A stretch of 64,000 bases of DNA from assembly GCA_024679065.1 (NCBI GenBank), contig JAGIQG010000009.1, positions 64,046,001 to 64,110,000 of the forward strand, written 5' to 3'. Source of the DNA: Sphyrna mokarran. Its lineage: Eukaryota. Each line of letters opens with the position of its first letter. The stretch's first letter is position 1. Shown in pieces: positions 24,946-38,869 of the stretch. A program made the translations under genes and the position numbers. The notes under the pieces are model-generated. The model was not told where the DNA came from. It saw nothing but the letters and a program-made list of their open reading frames with translations, and did not search any database.

Positions 24946-27124
24946 GAAAGGGGGTGGTGAGGTCTTTAAGAAAACTTGTCTTTTTCTTTTGTGTCTTTAC
25001 CATCATCGCATTTGTATGTCTCAGTCTTTATTCTACTTCCAGTGCAGTGATTTAAATGTAATTTATATTTACTATGAATATACACACATTTACACACACA
25101 CATATATATAATATATATACATAATATAGTATTATATTTATGATTTGCAATGTTAATTGTTTTGTTATGGACTGGGATACCACATTTGTAAAACTGTTTG
25201 TTCAATGTCAGTGAGCTTGTTTATCAGTAATAGTTACTGACAAACTGAAATCTCTCTTGATTGAATAATTCCAACCCTTTCAACCCTTTTTTCTAAAGAG
25301 TGAGACTAGTGGATGATTAACTTAAACTTGTATGACAGTGATTTCTGTGCAGTTTCCATTGGCAAAAACTGCAATGGTTCATCTTCTGGTGGAGAAAGGT
25401 ATCACAGACAGCAATTTCTGATTTCAGTGTCTAACTGCGTGTTTGTGTGTTGGATGCTTCTATAATTTTGTGCAGTAATAAGAGTGATGCCGACAGCCTT
25501 GCAGCTGTCAGTACAACAAAAGCTGGGCAAATGTTTATTGCACTGAGATTTGTGCCATTGCATCATCATTTTGTGAACAAAATACAGGCTAGAATTCTCC
25601 AGCCGTTCACAACCTGCTGCCAGTGAGAAAGGAGAATTTGGTGCTCAGTCGAATCTCTATTCGTTGCAATGGAGTGAGGTCGGAGAACTAGGCCCACCAA
25701 GCTCTTCTTCTTAAAACTAGTTGTTTAACTTAAAAGTAATGGAGAAACATAAATTTCCTGTCTTTGTTGATTTGCTTTGAACATAAATAAGTTGCTACGC
25801 TGAGTATTGTGTAAATTGGACAACAATGGGTAACTGATTATTTTGAATACTTAAGACATAATAATCAGCAACTATATAAACGAAGTGATTATGAAGATTT
25901 TTTCAAAAGTGAATTCAGTATCATGAGCTACAGTTAAGCATTGTGCATTCTGTTTCCACAACAAATAAACATTCAGACACAGAAATCAAAGCAATTAAAA
26001 TTATGAATGGAGACATGTTAACCCTTCTAAAGAAAGCATTCAGATACTGGAGGTGCTTTCGTGGCTGAACAGTAGTTTACAATAACAGTGGGATAATAAC
26101 ATGAACAGGAATGATTTTTACAAAGTATATATTTTCAGCTGATTTTTTAATTTTGTTACATGTTTACAGACTGCTTGAGAAGAACACAAAGTAAAATAAT
26201 ATTGTTGTGGATAACAATACTTGGATGCACTGATGATTCAGCTGCGAAGCATCAAAAAAAGCATCAAAGCAAATTTACTTTCATCATTATTTTTAATCAG
26301 ATCATGAACCTTGTGGGTGGACCTTGGATAATGAACGATTAAATACAGGACAATATCTGAAACTACTATCGTTAATAGAGCGCTATTCCTTCCTGAATAT
26401 AAATGCATTATAGTTCGCGCAGAATGACTTAATAGCCACAGTTATAATTAACAGAACTCTAGAGAAGTCTTTATTGTGCTTAAAATTCTCTCTGCTTTCC
26501 ACCTGTAATCTCCTGTCCATGAAAAACTGTTGAAGGTGCTTCTCCCTAGCAGATGTGGTATCACTCACATGCAGAAATTGCCCAAAGTGTTGGCTTGTCT
26601 GACAGATGTCCCCTGCAATGACCTTGAAGAGTTCTATTGTGTAGAAGCTGATTGTCATAGTAATAGGAAAAACAATTCAATGCTTAATATTATCTGTAAC
26701 TTATGCTTCATCAGACAGCATTGCTTAGCCACTTTGTTTTCCATGAAGCCAAACCAGGTTTGATTGGTTTGAGGTGAGGCCTGTTGGTAAAACCTCCCAA
26801 ATTACTACTATTTGGGCTCTCTGTTTTACTTTCCAACATTGTATAGAACTTTTTAACACAATCTTTTCTCACTGTATGTGCAAGTGGACAATTAGTATGG
26901 AATGAAGGGCACCCACTGTTAGAGCTATTTGAAGCAAACTTTCAAGGTGAATTGGTGAAGATTATTAAAACTAGGCCAAGATAAAAAGAAAACTAGTATT
27001 AGATCCCATATACAACCCAATAGATGACAAGCTTTGTCAGACTCCCCCAGCTTATGCAATGTTTTTTTTTCCCCATATTTCTTCGTGGTAGAAGGAGTGA
27101 GTTACCATTCTGTGGTCAACTTGC

Positions 27125-27565
27125 TGAGGTTCATTGGCAGCATCTTGATTGTGAGTAAGAAGGCTGTTTGTTCAAGCCCAACTTCAGTGATGGGAACAAA
27201 AAATTGAGACAGATTTATCATTGCTGCAGTGAGAGTGCTGCGTTGTTGGAGGTAACATCTTTCAGATGAAATGTTAAACCAAAGCTCCATCTACCGTGAC
27301 AGGTCGGCATAAAATATGCCATAACCCTCTCTGAGAAAGAGCAGGGGACTTCTCCATGGTGTCCCATGCTTATTGCTTAACCAACACTTCAAAACAGATT
27401 TTCTGGCCAAATCACATTGCTGTTTGTGGGGTCATGCTATGCATAAATTGGCTGCTGTATTTCCAACTTTACAGCAGTGAGTACATATTACATGTATTTA
27501 ATTGACTCTCAAGTGGTTTTGGTTGGCCCAGGTTTTGAAAGGTGCAAAATAAATGCAAATTCTTC
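27125..27565 (+). mobile_element. DeuSINE / SacSINE1-like element
   Basis: tRNA-like head, Deu-domain core attgctgtttgtggggtcatgctatgcataaattggctgctgtatttcc, L2-like tail gaaaggtgcaaaataaatgcaa. Confidence 0.7.
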
Positions 27566-28244
27566 CCTTAGTATTGGGAAGTTGAAAAGAAAAGCTGTCA
27601 TATGGGGTCACAACTCAGCAGCAGGATAGTGATGCCACCAAGATGAGAGACTGCCAAAAATACAATTACATTCCTGTGATCCAACAAAGCTGATGTGACA
27701 ACAACACAAGTAGCAAGATGACAAGGTTGAAAAATTCCCTGGTATCTTCAAAGAGATTTTGTTAATGAGACGTCACCTTGCATAAACACAAAATAATTTT
27801 GTATCATTTCACTAGACACATGTATAAATCACTCTATATTTAGCTTACTAGATATGACACTAGTCTTCTAATGAAGAAGTACTGTCATATTGTGGTTTCA
27901 ACTATTACATCTTTGAATGGGTTCAGTAAAAGTAACAGGCAGTAATAAGAGTTAAGACACAGCTTGTACATATTTTGCAGACCTGTTAAATTGCACTGCC
28001 TTATAAGGTAGAGAAAAAGACACAAAATTTTGCTATATCTAATGATATTAATTCTGGAGTAGCAAAGTGCTGTATGTTGGATAAGATTGGCACCTAATGG
28101 TCTGTGAGACAATTTACACAAGAGCTTGTACAGGACTAACTGCAGATTTGAGAGAGGTGGCAAAGAACTGGCAATGGACAAAATGCTCACGGGACCTCCC
28201 TACCCCTGGATAGCTGGGTTATTTGAACTGCATTTAGATATTAT

Positions 28245-28478
28245 AGTGGCAAATCTCCCAGCCCATCTCTACTGCTTTAGAGCCAAAGAGTGGCTATTCA
28301 AGAGCCGCGGCCTCTGCAAAACCTTGGCAGTCGGATTTCCAACACCGTCAGTTCAATGCCGGAAAGTGTCACAGGGCTGCATCAGTTACTTAAATAGTAA
28401 TTTTAATACAATTTAAATCTGACTAATGGACCTGGACTGAAATTCTGGGTCCACTAGCCCTTTTGCACCAACACCACC

Positions 28479-28509
<31 letters not shown>

Positions 28510-29395
28510 ACACCCCTCCCCCCAACGTCCCCTGCCTCCCAACCCTCAAAGCCCTGCCTGAAGTGTTTCTTTCCGGGTTTACAATAGCTCGCCACTAGCA
28601 GAAGCCTGACCCTGTTGGAGGGAAGGGGAGGCCATTAAGGCCCCCTAGAGGGTCGGAAGCCGGCAGCAGTGCCAGCTTGGCCCCCTGGCACCGCCCAAGG
28701 AACAAGGTGCCTACGCCCAGCGGGCATTTTGGCACTGCTTACCAGGCAGTGGCAAAGGAGCAGAGCCACACGGGGGTGGGAATTGTGGGGAGCAATTGGT
28801 GGGGTTCCTGCTGCCACTCTGCACAGGGATACTGAGCACAGCATTGCAAGGCCAGTGATTGAGGCTGAGCATTGGGGTGGGAGAGATGGCCTGCAAAGGG
28901 GGGGGAGGCAGTGTTGAGCTGTGGAGGGGGCTGAAAATCAGGACTGCAAGGGAGGGGATCAGGACTAGACGGGAGGCAGGAGTTTGAGTTGGGTCGGGAG
29001 GTGGTGGTGGGTCGAGGCTGGCTCATACAAGTCTGCAGGACCAACAATCGGACTGTGGCAGGGTCAGAGTGGCAGTGTTGCCAGAGTCACGGGCCTGGCT
29101 ACCAGTCGAACTGGCCAGTGTTTGAGAGGCCAGCGGTGCCGGGCGACTGGGCATGTGCTGATCCCGGCGTTTGCAGATTGGTGTGTGCTCAGTGGCCTGC
29201 TCAGCGCCATGCTGCCAGCTCATCCAGCGAGAACAGTCCCTGCACAATGAATTTTAGCATGGTTCATGCTGAGGCACTCTGCAGCGCACAGTGTGTGAGA
29301 GATTGTTTTTGAAACTCCTGCTGAAAAAGCTATCAGGATTTACTCTAATGTCCGTGCAGTTTCGACACTTAGGATTTTTTGGGAGAATTCCACCC
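28245..29395. mobile_element. GC-rich non-autonomous TIR element (~1.15 kb) with internal C30 run
   Basis: Imperfect TIR agtggcaaatctccca / tgggagaattccaccc; C run 28480-28509; sharp GC rise over the flanks. Right end recurs inverted at ~43339. Confidence 0.55.
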
Positions 29396-29829
29396 GTCAT
29401 TTATTGCCAAAAAGGACCAAAGGTGTATTCACACATAAATAATGGAGTTCAAAGGCTTAAAGTCAACCTTTCTAATCCTTGTCTCCAGCCAAAGAACAAG
29501 AAAAACAAGTTATATTGATATAGTGCCTTTAATGAAATGAAATATCCCAAGGCATTTCACATTATAAAATAAAATAAAACATTGAGCCATATGAAGAGAC
29601 AATTAGTTCAGTTGATCAAAATCTTGGTCAAAGAGGTAGATTTTAAGAAGTGTCTTAGAGGAAAAGCGAAGTTGAGAGACAGAGAGCAACACAGAGGCTA
29701 TTCAAGAGCCTGGGGTCTGAACAAATGAAGTTCTAGCTACAAATAGTGAAGCAGTGATAGTTGGGAGTGCATGAGAGACCAAATTTAGGTAAGTCCATTC
29801 ATCCTCAGTGGTTATGGGGTTGGAGGAGA

Positions 29830-31761
29830 TGTTATGACCCTGGCCTGAAACTCCAAGGTGTTTTATGAAGGTAGACTAGACGCCAAGTTTTTATCTTGAA
29901 TTTGGCATGGGTGAGTACAAGATGTTTCACTCCATGTATGATTTAAATTATTCACTAGGAAGCTTTTATCAAACAAAGAGTATTTAAGAATACAGTTAAA
30001 ATGTAACAAGAAAAATTAGCATAACTTTTACCATTTGTCAAGACCCACGACAATGTAATATAAATCTTAACAGCTAACTATGAAGTTCCAAGTCAAACAA
30101 CACTCCATAATCATGTATCTCTTTTTAGACTTGGCACAAAAAGAAGTATGTTCACGTGAAGCTGGATTTCGTAGCTTTCTAACACCTGTTGTGAATTAAA
30201 ATTGTAAGGCTTTCCAGTCCTAGAACTTCTGACATGCCTCTGGATGTAGAGAGAGAAAGAAACACGCTGCCTTCTTCCAGAAACTTCCAACAGCACCTCA
30301 CAGGCAGCAGAATTTTAAACTCCAAAGAGAGAGGAAAGAAGAGACTGTGCTCTCTGTCTACAGTCCAACTGCATCTGAACCAAAACTATAATCTTGGATT
30401 TCTCCTGTGGCAAAAACTATCCCCAGACATCCCCTAACCTGTCAATCATCCCCAAATCAAGCCACAATAAATAATCCCAAGGAATCATTAGAAACCTCAG
30501 GACATTGCATTAGTCCAAATTAAAACAAACATAGAGCCCAATTTTACCATTTTATTCTAAATGCTGAATTTGGGCGTAATTCAGATCTGACTTGGAAATC
30601 TGCTTTCAGGCACCGCCATTAGCACTTAGCCTGAAAAGAAACTTGCAAGTCCGAATTAAGCTGTGGCCAGGACTTAGCACACCCGAAACAACCGGAGCTC
30701 TGAACTGCGCACACGCAGTTAGAAAAAAAATTGAAAATCACAACACTGTCTCATCGCTCTCGGGCCGCAAAAAGCGGATAAAGCAGCTCGGGAACGATGG
30801 TCCCCATTGACATCACCTGCCAGTACAACATAACTTTCCTTCTTATCCATCCCCCTGCCCAACACCACCCCCCCCAAACTGTTACCCAGACTGATCACGA
30901 CTCCCTGCCCCCTTTCTGCCCCTTTCACCCATAGTAGCAGCGGTCCCCACTATCCCCCTCCCCACCACAGATTGAGCTGGCCTCCCACCCCCTCCTCCCC
31001 ACCATCCCACTCCAAACCAGATAACAATCAAGCCTCCCTCCCCCCAACCAGAGATGCATCTGACCTGCCTCCTCCTTCCTCCCCTCCACCAGAGAATGAT
31101 TGGGTTCACGTCCTTTCTCTCCCCCCCCCCCACCCCCACCAAAGCAATCTGTCCTCCTTCACCCAGCCCCCGACCAGAGATACATCTGACCTTCTTCCTC
31201 CCCTTCCCCACCAGAAAATGATCTGGCCCCCCCTTCTCCCATACCCCCCCCTCCCCCAACAGAGAATGATCTGGCCTGCCTCCCTCACTCTCCCGCACCA
31301 TCGATTTGAGTCGGAGACTGTTGGAAGCTCTGAACTTACCTCTGAAGTGTCCGAAACAGACTTTGCCGAGCATGTTTGTTTCGCATCCAGTCTGGACATG
31401 CGAACGTATTGGTAAAGGGGGAAATGCTGGTAAAGTTGATTGGGAAGGTCATTAATTGAATTTAAATACAAGCAAATGCATTTAAATCACTGTTGCGCCC
31501 ATTGCACAAATCAGATCATGGCCATTTTCAGGCCTTGGTAAAGTGGCCTTAGCACAGACGCAGGCGCAGATTGCATTAATGGCCTCACACCCGTCTTTAC
31601 CAATACACAATGGTAAAATCAGGCCCATATTGTCCATTATATTGCTTCAGTAACAATTAGAGGACACTGGTTACGGACAAAATAAACTACTAGGGCCTGT
31701 TTGACAAAACAACAGAGAAACAAGACTAAAATACATTTTTTAAAGGCACAATATCGTCATA
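29830..31761. mobile_element. Solo-LTR-like insertion with 4-bp TSD GAGA
   Basis: GAGA|TGTTATGAC ... GTCATA|GAGA. Removing it restores the L2 text ggaggagattacag. Confidence 0.6.
30534..31626. mobile_element. MITE-like TIR element (PIF/Harbinger-like) with 3-bp TSD ATA
   Basis: ATA|gagcccaattttaccatt ... aatggtaaaatcaggccc|ATA (15/18 TIR match). Internal C-rich repeats of ccagaga(a/t)..atctg(a/g)cc. Confidence 0.7.
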
Positions 31762-34384
31762 GAGATTACAGATGAATGGCGGTGTCACTGGATTTAAAAA
31801 CCAGGGTGAGAATTTTAAAATTAAAGATTGCTGAACTGGGAACTGATGTAATCGGCAAAACTTGCCACATTTGCAGAATTTTGTATTTCCTCAAATTTAC
31901 AGATGGTGGAATGTGGAGCACCAGCTGGAAGCATGTTGGAGCAGTTGAGTCGAGAGGCATGGGCCAGAGCCAGAATGAGTTGGGTTGGGGTGAATTTGGG
32001 CAGTAGGTGGTAATAGCATTCTTAGTGATGGCATGAATGTGTGGTCAGAAGCTCAATTTAGGATCAAATGTGACACCAAGGTTATAAAACAGATTGGCTT
32101 GATGCCAGTCTGTTGTCAGAAAGAAGAATGGACTCGACAGTTAGGTAACAGTATGTAAGACAGCCTTCCCAGTATTTAATTAGAGGAAATTTCTGCTCAG
32201 TTAGTTCTGGTTGTAAGATGAACAGTCTGATAATTTAGCAGCAGTGGAGATTGTTGAGTGAGGTGGTGGCAAGGCAGAGCTGAGCGTTGTCAGCCAGCAT
32301 ACATGTGAAAACAAATGCTGTGTCTTTGGGCGATGTGGCTAAGAGGCAGCATGTAGATGAGAAATAGAAAGAGGCCAAGGGTAGATCTTTGGGAGACACC
32401 AGCAGGAATGTAATGTTGGAGCAGGGCAAGAAGCAAATAGTGTAACAATCAATATAACAAGCTAAAGGGTAAAATACTGCAGGTGCTGGAAATTTGAAAT
32501 GAAAGTCCAAAAAGTACAGGTCAGGCAGCACTTATTGCCCATTCTTGTCCTTCCATTTCAGAGGACAGAGAGTTAATCACATTGCTGTGGAGTCACAAGA
32601 GAAGAAGGTATCATTATAGATTCAACAGCCTGTTGTCAGGTCTGGTTTATGTTACCAATTTTCAAATGTCAACTTGCTTATCTCAATTGATGGATATGTA
32701 GATATTTATAGGGAAATAATGGACTTTGATTAAAGAACCATTTACCTGGTACTAGAATTTCATGGAGGAGTCAAGAAGATTGACTGGGTGAACTTCATGA
32801 TGTTGTAGACTCACCTCCTTAAAAAGGCCCCCACTCATTGTATATTTGCTCGGGGGTGGAATGGAGTCAAGCAACTCTGAGGTAGAAGCAGAAATGGTTT
32901 GATGCAGGACCAGGCTGTATTGATCCAGTTTTAAAGATGAATGTCAGGCTCTCAAACCCTAACACCACTAACCACCCAATAAGCCCTCTTCTGTGTCCCT
33001 CATATTGCCATGTCCACTTTATAATTCTCCATAACCTCCATATTTCTCAATTTTCTTCTATACCCTCCCTGCTCCTTCCATGACATGCTTGAATTCTCCA
33101 TAGCCAGTCACCCAGTCTTCACTGTGGACAGATCTCCATGTCTGTGAAATGGAGATAAAAATAATAATTTACAAAAATGTAATTTATTAACCAATCTTGC
33201 TGAGATACATATTTTATTAATAAAAACTCTTATTCATAAACCTCACTAAAAATAATTCCATTGAATAATCAATCTGTTGTAAAAACAAGCTTCTATTGCA
33301 CTAACTACATCAAAAGCAATCATTCCTATAATAACTTCATAAAACTGTCAATCAAAATGTGACCATTGGCTTCTGTAGAAATAATTGCTTCTGGACCTTT
33401 TGAAAATTAGCCAAATATTCATAATTGGTTCAGATATAATAACAAATCCTGAGAAATGTAAACATGGAGTCAATTGAAACTGAAAAACCAGAGGCTTTTT
33501 TTTTGCTAAGTTACTCAGACATCCTGTCAATCAAAATAGTCCAGGACCACTTGGGGTTTTTTTTCCACTGTGAAACTTGCTGAAAGTTTATTTTTCATTT
33601 TAGGTGGACTTTTGACCTTTAAATACTTCAGACTATTACACTAGAGATCCCAAACATATTTTCTTCAATTTTGAATGCATAAGAGCACTTAGCCAAAGGG
33701 AAAAGCACGCAAGATGCATCTCATCATTTATCACAAATGGTCAAAAATGGTCAAAGTATATTTGTAGGACAGAGACCTATAATTAATCACTGGAGTAAAA
33801 TACCTCTAACTCACAATACAGCATCCAACTCTTAAACTGAGCCTCTTTTTGTGTGTTTCAAAGCCTATCAAGGAAAGAAATCCAGGAGCAGGCAATTTTC
33901 TTTCTGGTTCCTGGCTTTGACCTGGGGATCAACCATCGTTCACACTCCTCTGAGAGATGTGGACTCCTGAAGATTCCCAACTCCACTAACCCAGAACTGG
34001 GGTTAAAATACCCACACTCACAATAGAGCCAGCAAGGCCAGGATTAGCCTCTGTACCTTTATCCTAAAAAATTGCTGGAAATAGGAATGGGATTGGAAAT
34101 CAACAATTAGCTCCTAACTCCTATTCTAACTCAGCAAAAATTGAGGCCATTATATAATCAGTTAGACTGCACTGTAACCTGCTCCAGCCCAAGCACGTCA
34201 GCCAAATTTTTGTTAGCTATCCTAATAACACCTTCTTTGGCCCTGTTTGTATTTGTGATTGATTAAACCCCTGTGACGTACCTTGGAATGTTTTACTGCG
34301 TTAAAGATGCTGTATAAACATATATAACAATTTACTTAATTTAATCAGAACACAGCAAAGTTATATTTAGAACATTAACACTTG

Positions 34385-35120
34385 AATGTGGATTACAGGG
34401 TCAACAGCAGAATTCTAAAGAATATGGAGGAACAGAGAGATCTTGGGGTTCATATCCTCAGATCTCTGAAGGTTGCCACTCAAGTGGATAGAACCATAAA
34501 GGAGACCTATAGCGTGTTATCGTTTATTAACAGCAGGTTTGAGTTTAAGAGCCATTGGTTATGCTGCAACTATACAGGACCTTGGTGAAACCACATTTGG
34601 AATATTGTATGAAGTTCTGGTCACCTCACTGTAAGAAGGATGTGGAAGCATTGGAGAGAGTGTAGAGGAGACTTACCAGGGTGCTGCCTGATTTGGAGGG
34701 TAGGTCTTATGTGGAACGTTGAGAGAACTGGGGCTTTTCTCTTTAGAGCGGAGGAGGATGAGAGGCCACTTAATAGAGGTTTATAAGATGATGAGAGGAA
34801 TAGATAAAGTGGATGTGCAGAGACTGTTTCCTTGAGTGGATGTAGCTGTTGGTAGGGTCACAACTTTAAGGTTCATGGTGGGAGATACAGGAGAGATGTC
34901 CGAGGTATATTTTTTGCTCAGAGTGGTTGGGTGTGGAATGCACTGTCTATTGTGATAGTGGAGTTGAATGTTTTAGGAACTTTCAAGTGGTTATTGGATA
35001 GGCACATGGAACATACTGGAATGATAGGGAATGGGATAGCTTGACCTTGAGTTCGGGCATAGCTCGGCACAACATTGAGGGCCGAAGAGCCTATATTGTG
35101 CTGTACTGTTCTATGTTCTG
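34385..35120 (+). mobile_element. 5'-truncated CR1/HER1 LINE
   Basis: EEQRDLGVHILRSLKVATQVDR...; tail gggccgaagagcctatattgtgctgtactgttctatgttct. Confidence 0.85.
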
Positions 35121-35834
35121 TGTTGTAAGCGTACTATCCCATTGCACTCAGTTACTGAATGTTCAGATGGCTTGTTTTTTATATATTTCGTTGGCCAGAA
35201 AGATGTCACAAGAAATCTTTTAAAGTGACTAGAACATTTTCATAGATCTTTATGAATATATAAAAGCCTTGGTTGTGGTTTGCATTTTCTTTTCAAGTAA
35301 GCTTATTTTTGAATCACGACTTTTAGTCATAATCTTATGCTGGCATATTTCTAACGTTTATTTTCCCATTGGCTAGAAAATGGTCTCTTGCAACTGGATT
35401 GGTATTCTAGTTTGTTGGAAGAGGTTAAAAATGAGCCAGGGCTGTCCCATTAGTACCGTACATTAAAGCCCAATTTTCTGCTTGTCCCAGTTACATTACT
35501 GTAACACTTTGATGGTTAATCTAAGCAACCTAGGCATTTTGCCAGAAACATCCCTGATTGTTTCTTTTGCACCATCAATACACGAAACAACAATTTCTTC
35601 CATTCAAAATGCCTTGGGAATCTTGCTATGTTATAAAGCACTCACTCCCATTTCTACAGGACTTAGCTATAAAAAGTATTAATTTCTTCAAATCTTTATT
35701 TTGATATAAAATTTTCAACATTCCCCCCGCCCCCCCCACCCAATTCCCATCTCTATGATTCAGTGACCTGATCAACAGATGATATTTTACATTTTCATGC
35801 TGTTCATGGATACCACTTCCTGAGTCAGTCAATT

Positions 35835-36684
35835 TTTACCAGGATGCTGCCTGGTATGGAAGGACTGTCCTATGAGGAACGATTAGATAGACTGGGGTTG
35901 TTTTCCCTTGAAAGACATCGGCTTAGAGGGGATCTCATAGAGGTGTATAAGATTATAAGGGGTATAGATAGAGTAAATGGAGGTAAACTTTTTCCACCTT
36001 TAGAAATGGATAGGACGAGAGGTCATGGCCATAGGGTGAGGGGGGCTATGTATAGGACGAATATTAGAGGGCAGTTTTTCACACAAAGGGTAATGGGGGT
36101 GTGGAATGCACTGCCGAGTAAAGTGGTGGGAGCAGGCACGCTGGGGCTGTTTAAGGGTCTCTTGGACAGCCACATGAGCGGTATGCAGATAGAGGGATAT
36201 ATTAGGACTGTTTAACTACGGCTTTTTTCCACAGGTAATTCGGTCCCTAATTTGAGCACGCATTCGGCAGGTGGTGCGGGTACAGCTCTTGGATGTTGAT
36301 TCATGGGTTGCCTGGTACCTCATGTCGTATATGAGTGCTTTATGTGGACCACCTAAAGGGCACCATGACAGCTCAGAGACTATCGATGTGGCTGTGCAGA
36401 CACTTGGAATTGGGCCGGTGTCTGCGGGAGTTTGTGCGTTCTCCCCATGGTTGCGTGGGTTTTCTCCGGGCACTCCGGTTTCCTCCCACAACCCAAAAAT
36501 TCGCTCTTAGGCTGATTGGGAACCAAATTGTCCCTATAGTGAGAATTTTCCATATTAGGAATAATATATATATTATTATATAGGAATATTAAAATAGGAT
36601 AATGTATTTGGTATGACAGCGGCGCGGGCTCGTTGGGCCGAAGGGCCTGTTTCCCGTGCTGTGTTGCTTAATAAAAAAAAAAAA
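35835..36684 (+). mobile_element. Young 5'-truncated CR1 LINE with long 3' UTR containing a V-SINE-like domain, ending in poly(A)
   Basis: Open ORF2 tail (FTRMLPGMEGLSYEERLDRLGLFSLE...WNALP, stop at 36215); V-domain ~36418-36535; gggccgaagggcctgtttcccgtgctgt tail, then AATAAAAAAAAAAAA. Confidence 0.8.
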
Positions 36685-38299
36685 TAGCAGTCTGAAGTAA
36701 AGTTCAGAGCGGTAGTTCTTTTTCTTAGCTTTCTCTGATTAATGCTACACTTGGTAAGTTAGAATCTCAGTCTGCTATATCCCATAAAAATTAATGTTTG
36801 ACAGCACTGGTCCATCAAGCGTACTTTTTGTTATTACAAAAATATTTGCACATTGCAATCTCTCCTTTTATAATCCTGGGCATTTGAAATAACAGCGCTG
36901 TAATGTGCTGTTTTTATTGCTCATGCTGTGTCTGTTGATAGGGCCTAAAGCTATCACATCTAGAAGTGTAGCTGCGTTATTATTCCATATTATCTATATT
37001 AGCATGCACACAGATATTTTATATACACTTTTTCTCTTAGGTACATTTGTAGTCCAGAAAATAAATTTAAGTACAAATGTTCTTCACTTATTGAGAGCGC
37101 TAATTGACTCTACTCAATAATGCCAGAAGTTTCTTCAAGGCTTTTTCCAACTTTGGGAACATATTGTTGTAATTCTTAAGCTGTGTAAATGGCCATTTGG
37201 GGGAAACTTATACCTGTCCCCTCCCAGAGGAAGTTCTGAGCATTGGTCATTATTTCCTGGTATCAACATCCATTCAAATAGTTTTGACATTCTGGCATTG
37301 TGATTTCTTGGAATTCACTGTTGAAGAACAGCAAAACATTTAGTTTGTCAACTGCCATTATCTCAAAGTATGAATTGGTTTGATAGTAAGTTGCTGAATC
37401 TTTTCTACATCTTGTATGATCAAACTGTAACTCCCATTTACAACTCCCCCCTTGTGACTTAAACTACAGAAGACCATGTAATCCTAATATTAACTCCAGG
37501 AAGATTTTGGGTAGATGGATGAAGAGCATGGTTGCAAATGCACCTGTTCTGTTGAAATCGGGTCCAAACTATCTTAACATAACATATTGCCAGTCCACTT
37601 TTAACCTGGAACCCATGGAAAAATGTAGAAGAGATGGCCATTGATCTGAAGAAAATCATGTGACTATGAAGAGCTCAAACTCTAGTTAAGTGTGAAGGGA
37701 GTTCAGAGAGAGTCTTGTTGGACAGACGGGAAATCTTTATGGGGAAGAGGAGCTTCCAATGATATTGTTAGGCTTGGACTAACCTCTCCAGATTCTCCCT
37801 GTTCCACAAGTAAAGGAAGCTGTTTGGGGTTTTTCATCTTCTCAACTTTGTTCAGTCCAGTAGGGAAGACACAGTCTGCTTGGGCTGGAAGTACAATTTC
37901 AGTCAAGGTCTAATTCCATCAGTAAGGATCATGATTTTAATAAAAGACCCCGTGATTTTTAAAGGGGATAATAGTCAACCATGTAAAGGCCAGTGTAAAA
38001 TTGGTCTTGGTGGGATCTGAATGACTTGGGGTTGGCAAATAATTTGGGTGTTTTTATTGCCTGCATGTCCAGGTTCTGCCAAGTGAGTAGAGTTAGAATC
38101 ACTTCTCATCTACTTTTCACCATATTTATGTTGCAGTCTGAACTCTGACATTTCTTGGCAAAGTAACTGGCAACAGGGGATTTCATTTGTATTGTTCCAG
38201 TGCAATCAGTAATGAGATCGCTTGGGTAAATCTCTATGTATATATCAGTACTCATCATGCAGTGAAGAGAAAATTGCTTTTCTGAGGTTTGGTGTTTAG

Positions 38300-38524
<225 letters not shown>

Positions 38525-38869
38525 TAAGTGCTAGTTTTCTTTTCAATTATTAGTTTTTTGTTCCCCAAATTGAATGCAGTGCTTGATATACTTCTGAGTA
38601 CGCAAGGTTTATGTCATTTAATCGAAGCCCTGCATTCAGATATTAATGCATAATTTAGGTTGACACTGTTGTACACCATTGAACTTTCAATGGTGTCATC
38701 TTTTAAATGAGCACTAAACTCAGGTTGTGCTTTCATATTTTGAACATTCTTTGAAATGATTAAAACAGCAAATTGAGTGTTCTTGTTGCTTTTCCTTTCC
38801 TATTCAACACATGTAAATAGATTAAATAGTCATGCTTCTCATTAGGATTTATTGTTAGTAAACTAAGAT

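Larger units (their letters stand above)
29500..32460 (-). mobile_element. L2-clade LINE 3' fragment, split by nested insertions
   Basis: Reverse complement gives GVSQRSTLGL (GVPQGSILGP-like, ~32400-32371) and FHMYA.. (YADD region, ~32310). Collinear with a second copy at 53197-53760. Confidence 0.7.

Noticed and set aside
26221-26256. CTGATGA flanked by GATGC/GCATC, possible hammerhead or C/D box RNA
   Set aside because: No GAAA core in the right geometry and no matching box D; likely chance.
28413-29518. Cluster of overlapping ORFs, including a poly-Gly ORF
   Set aside because: GC-rich TIR element with few stop codons; no recognisable protein, and the poly-Gly comes from the C30 run.
30882-31471. 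Pro-rich and Gly-rich ORFs; repeat-spacer array superficially like CRISPR
   Set aside because: Low-complexity interior of a MITE. Repeats are degenerate, spacers are poly-C of variable length, there are no cas genes and the context is eukaryotic.
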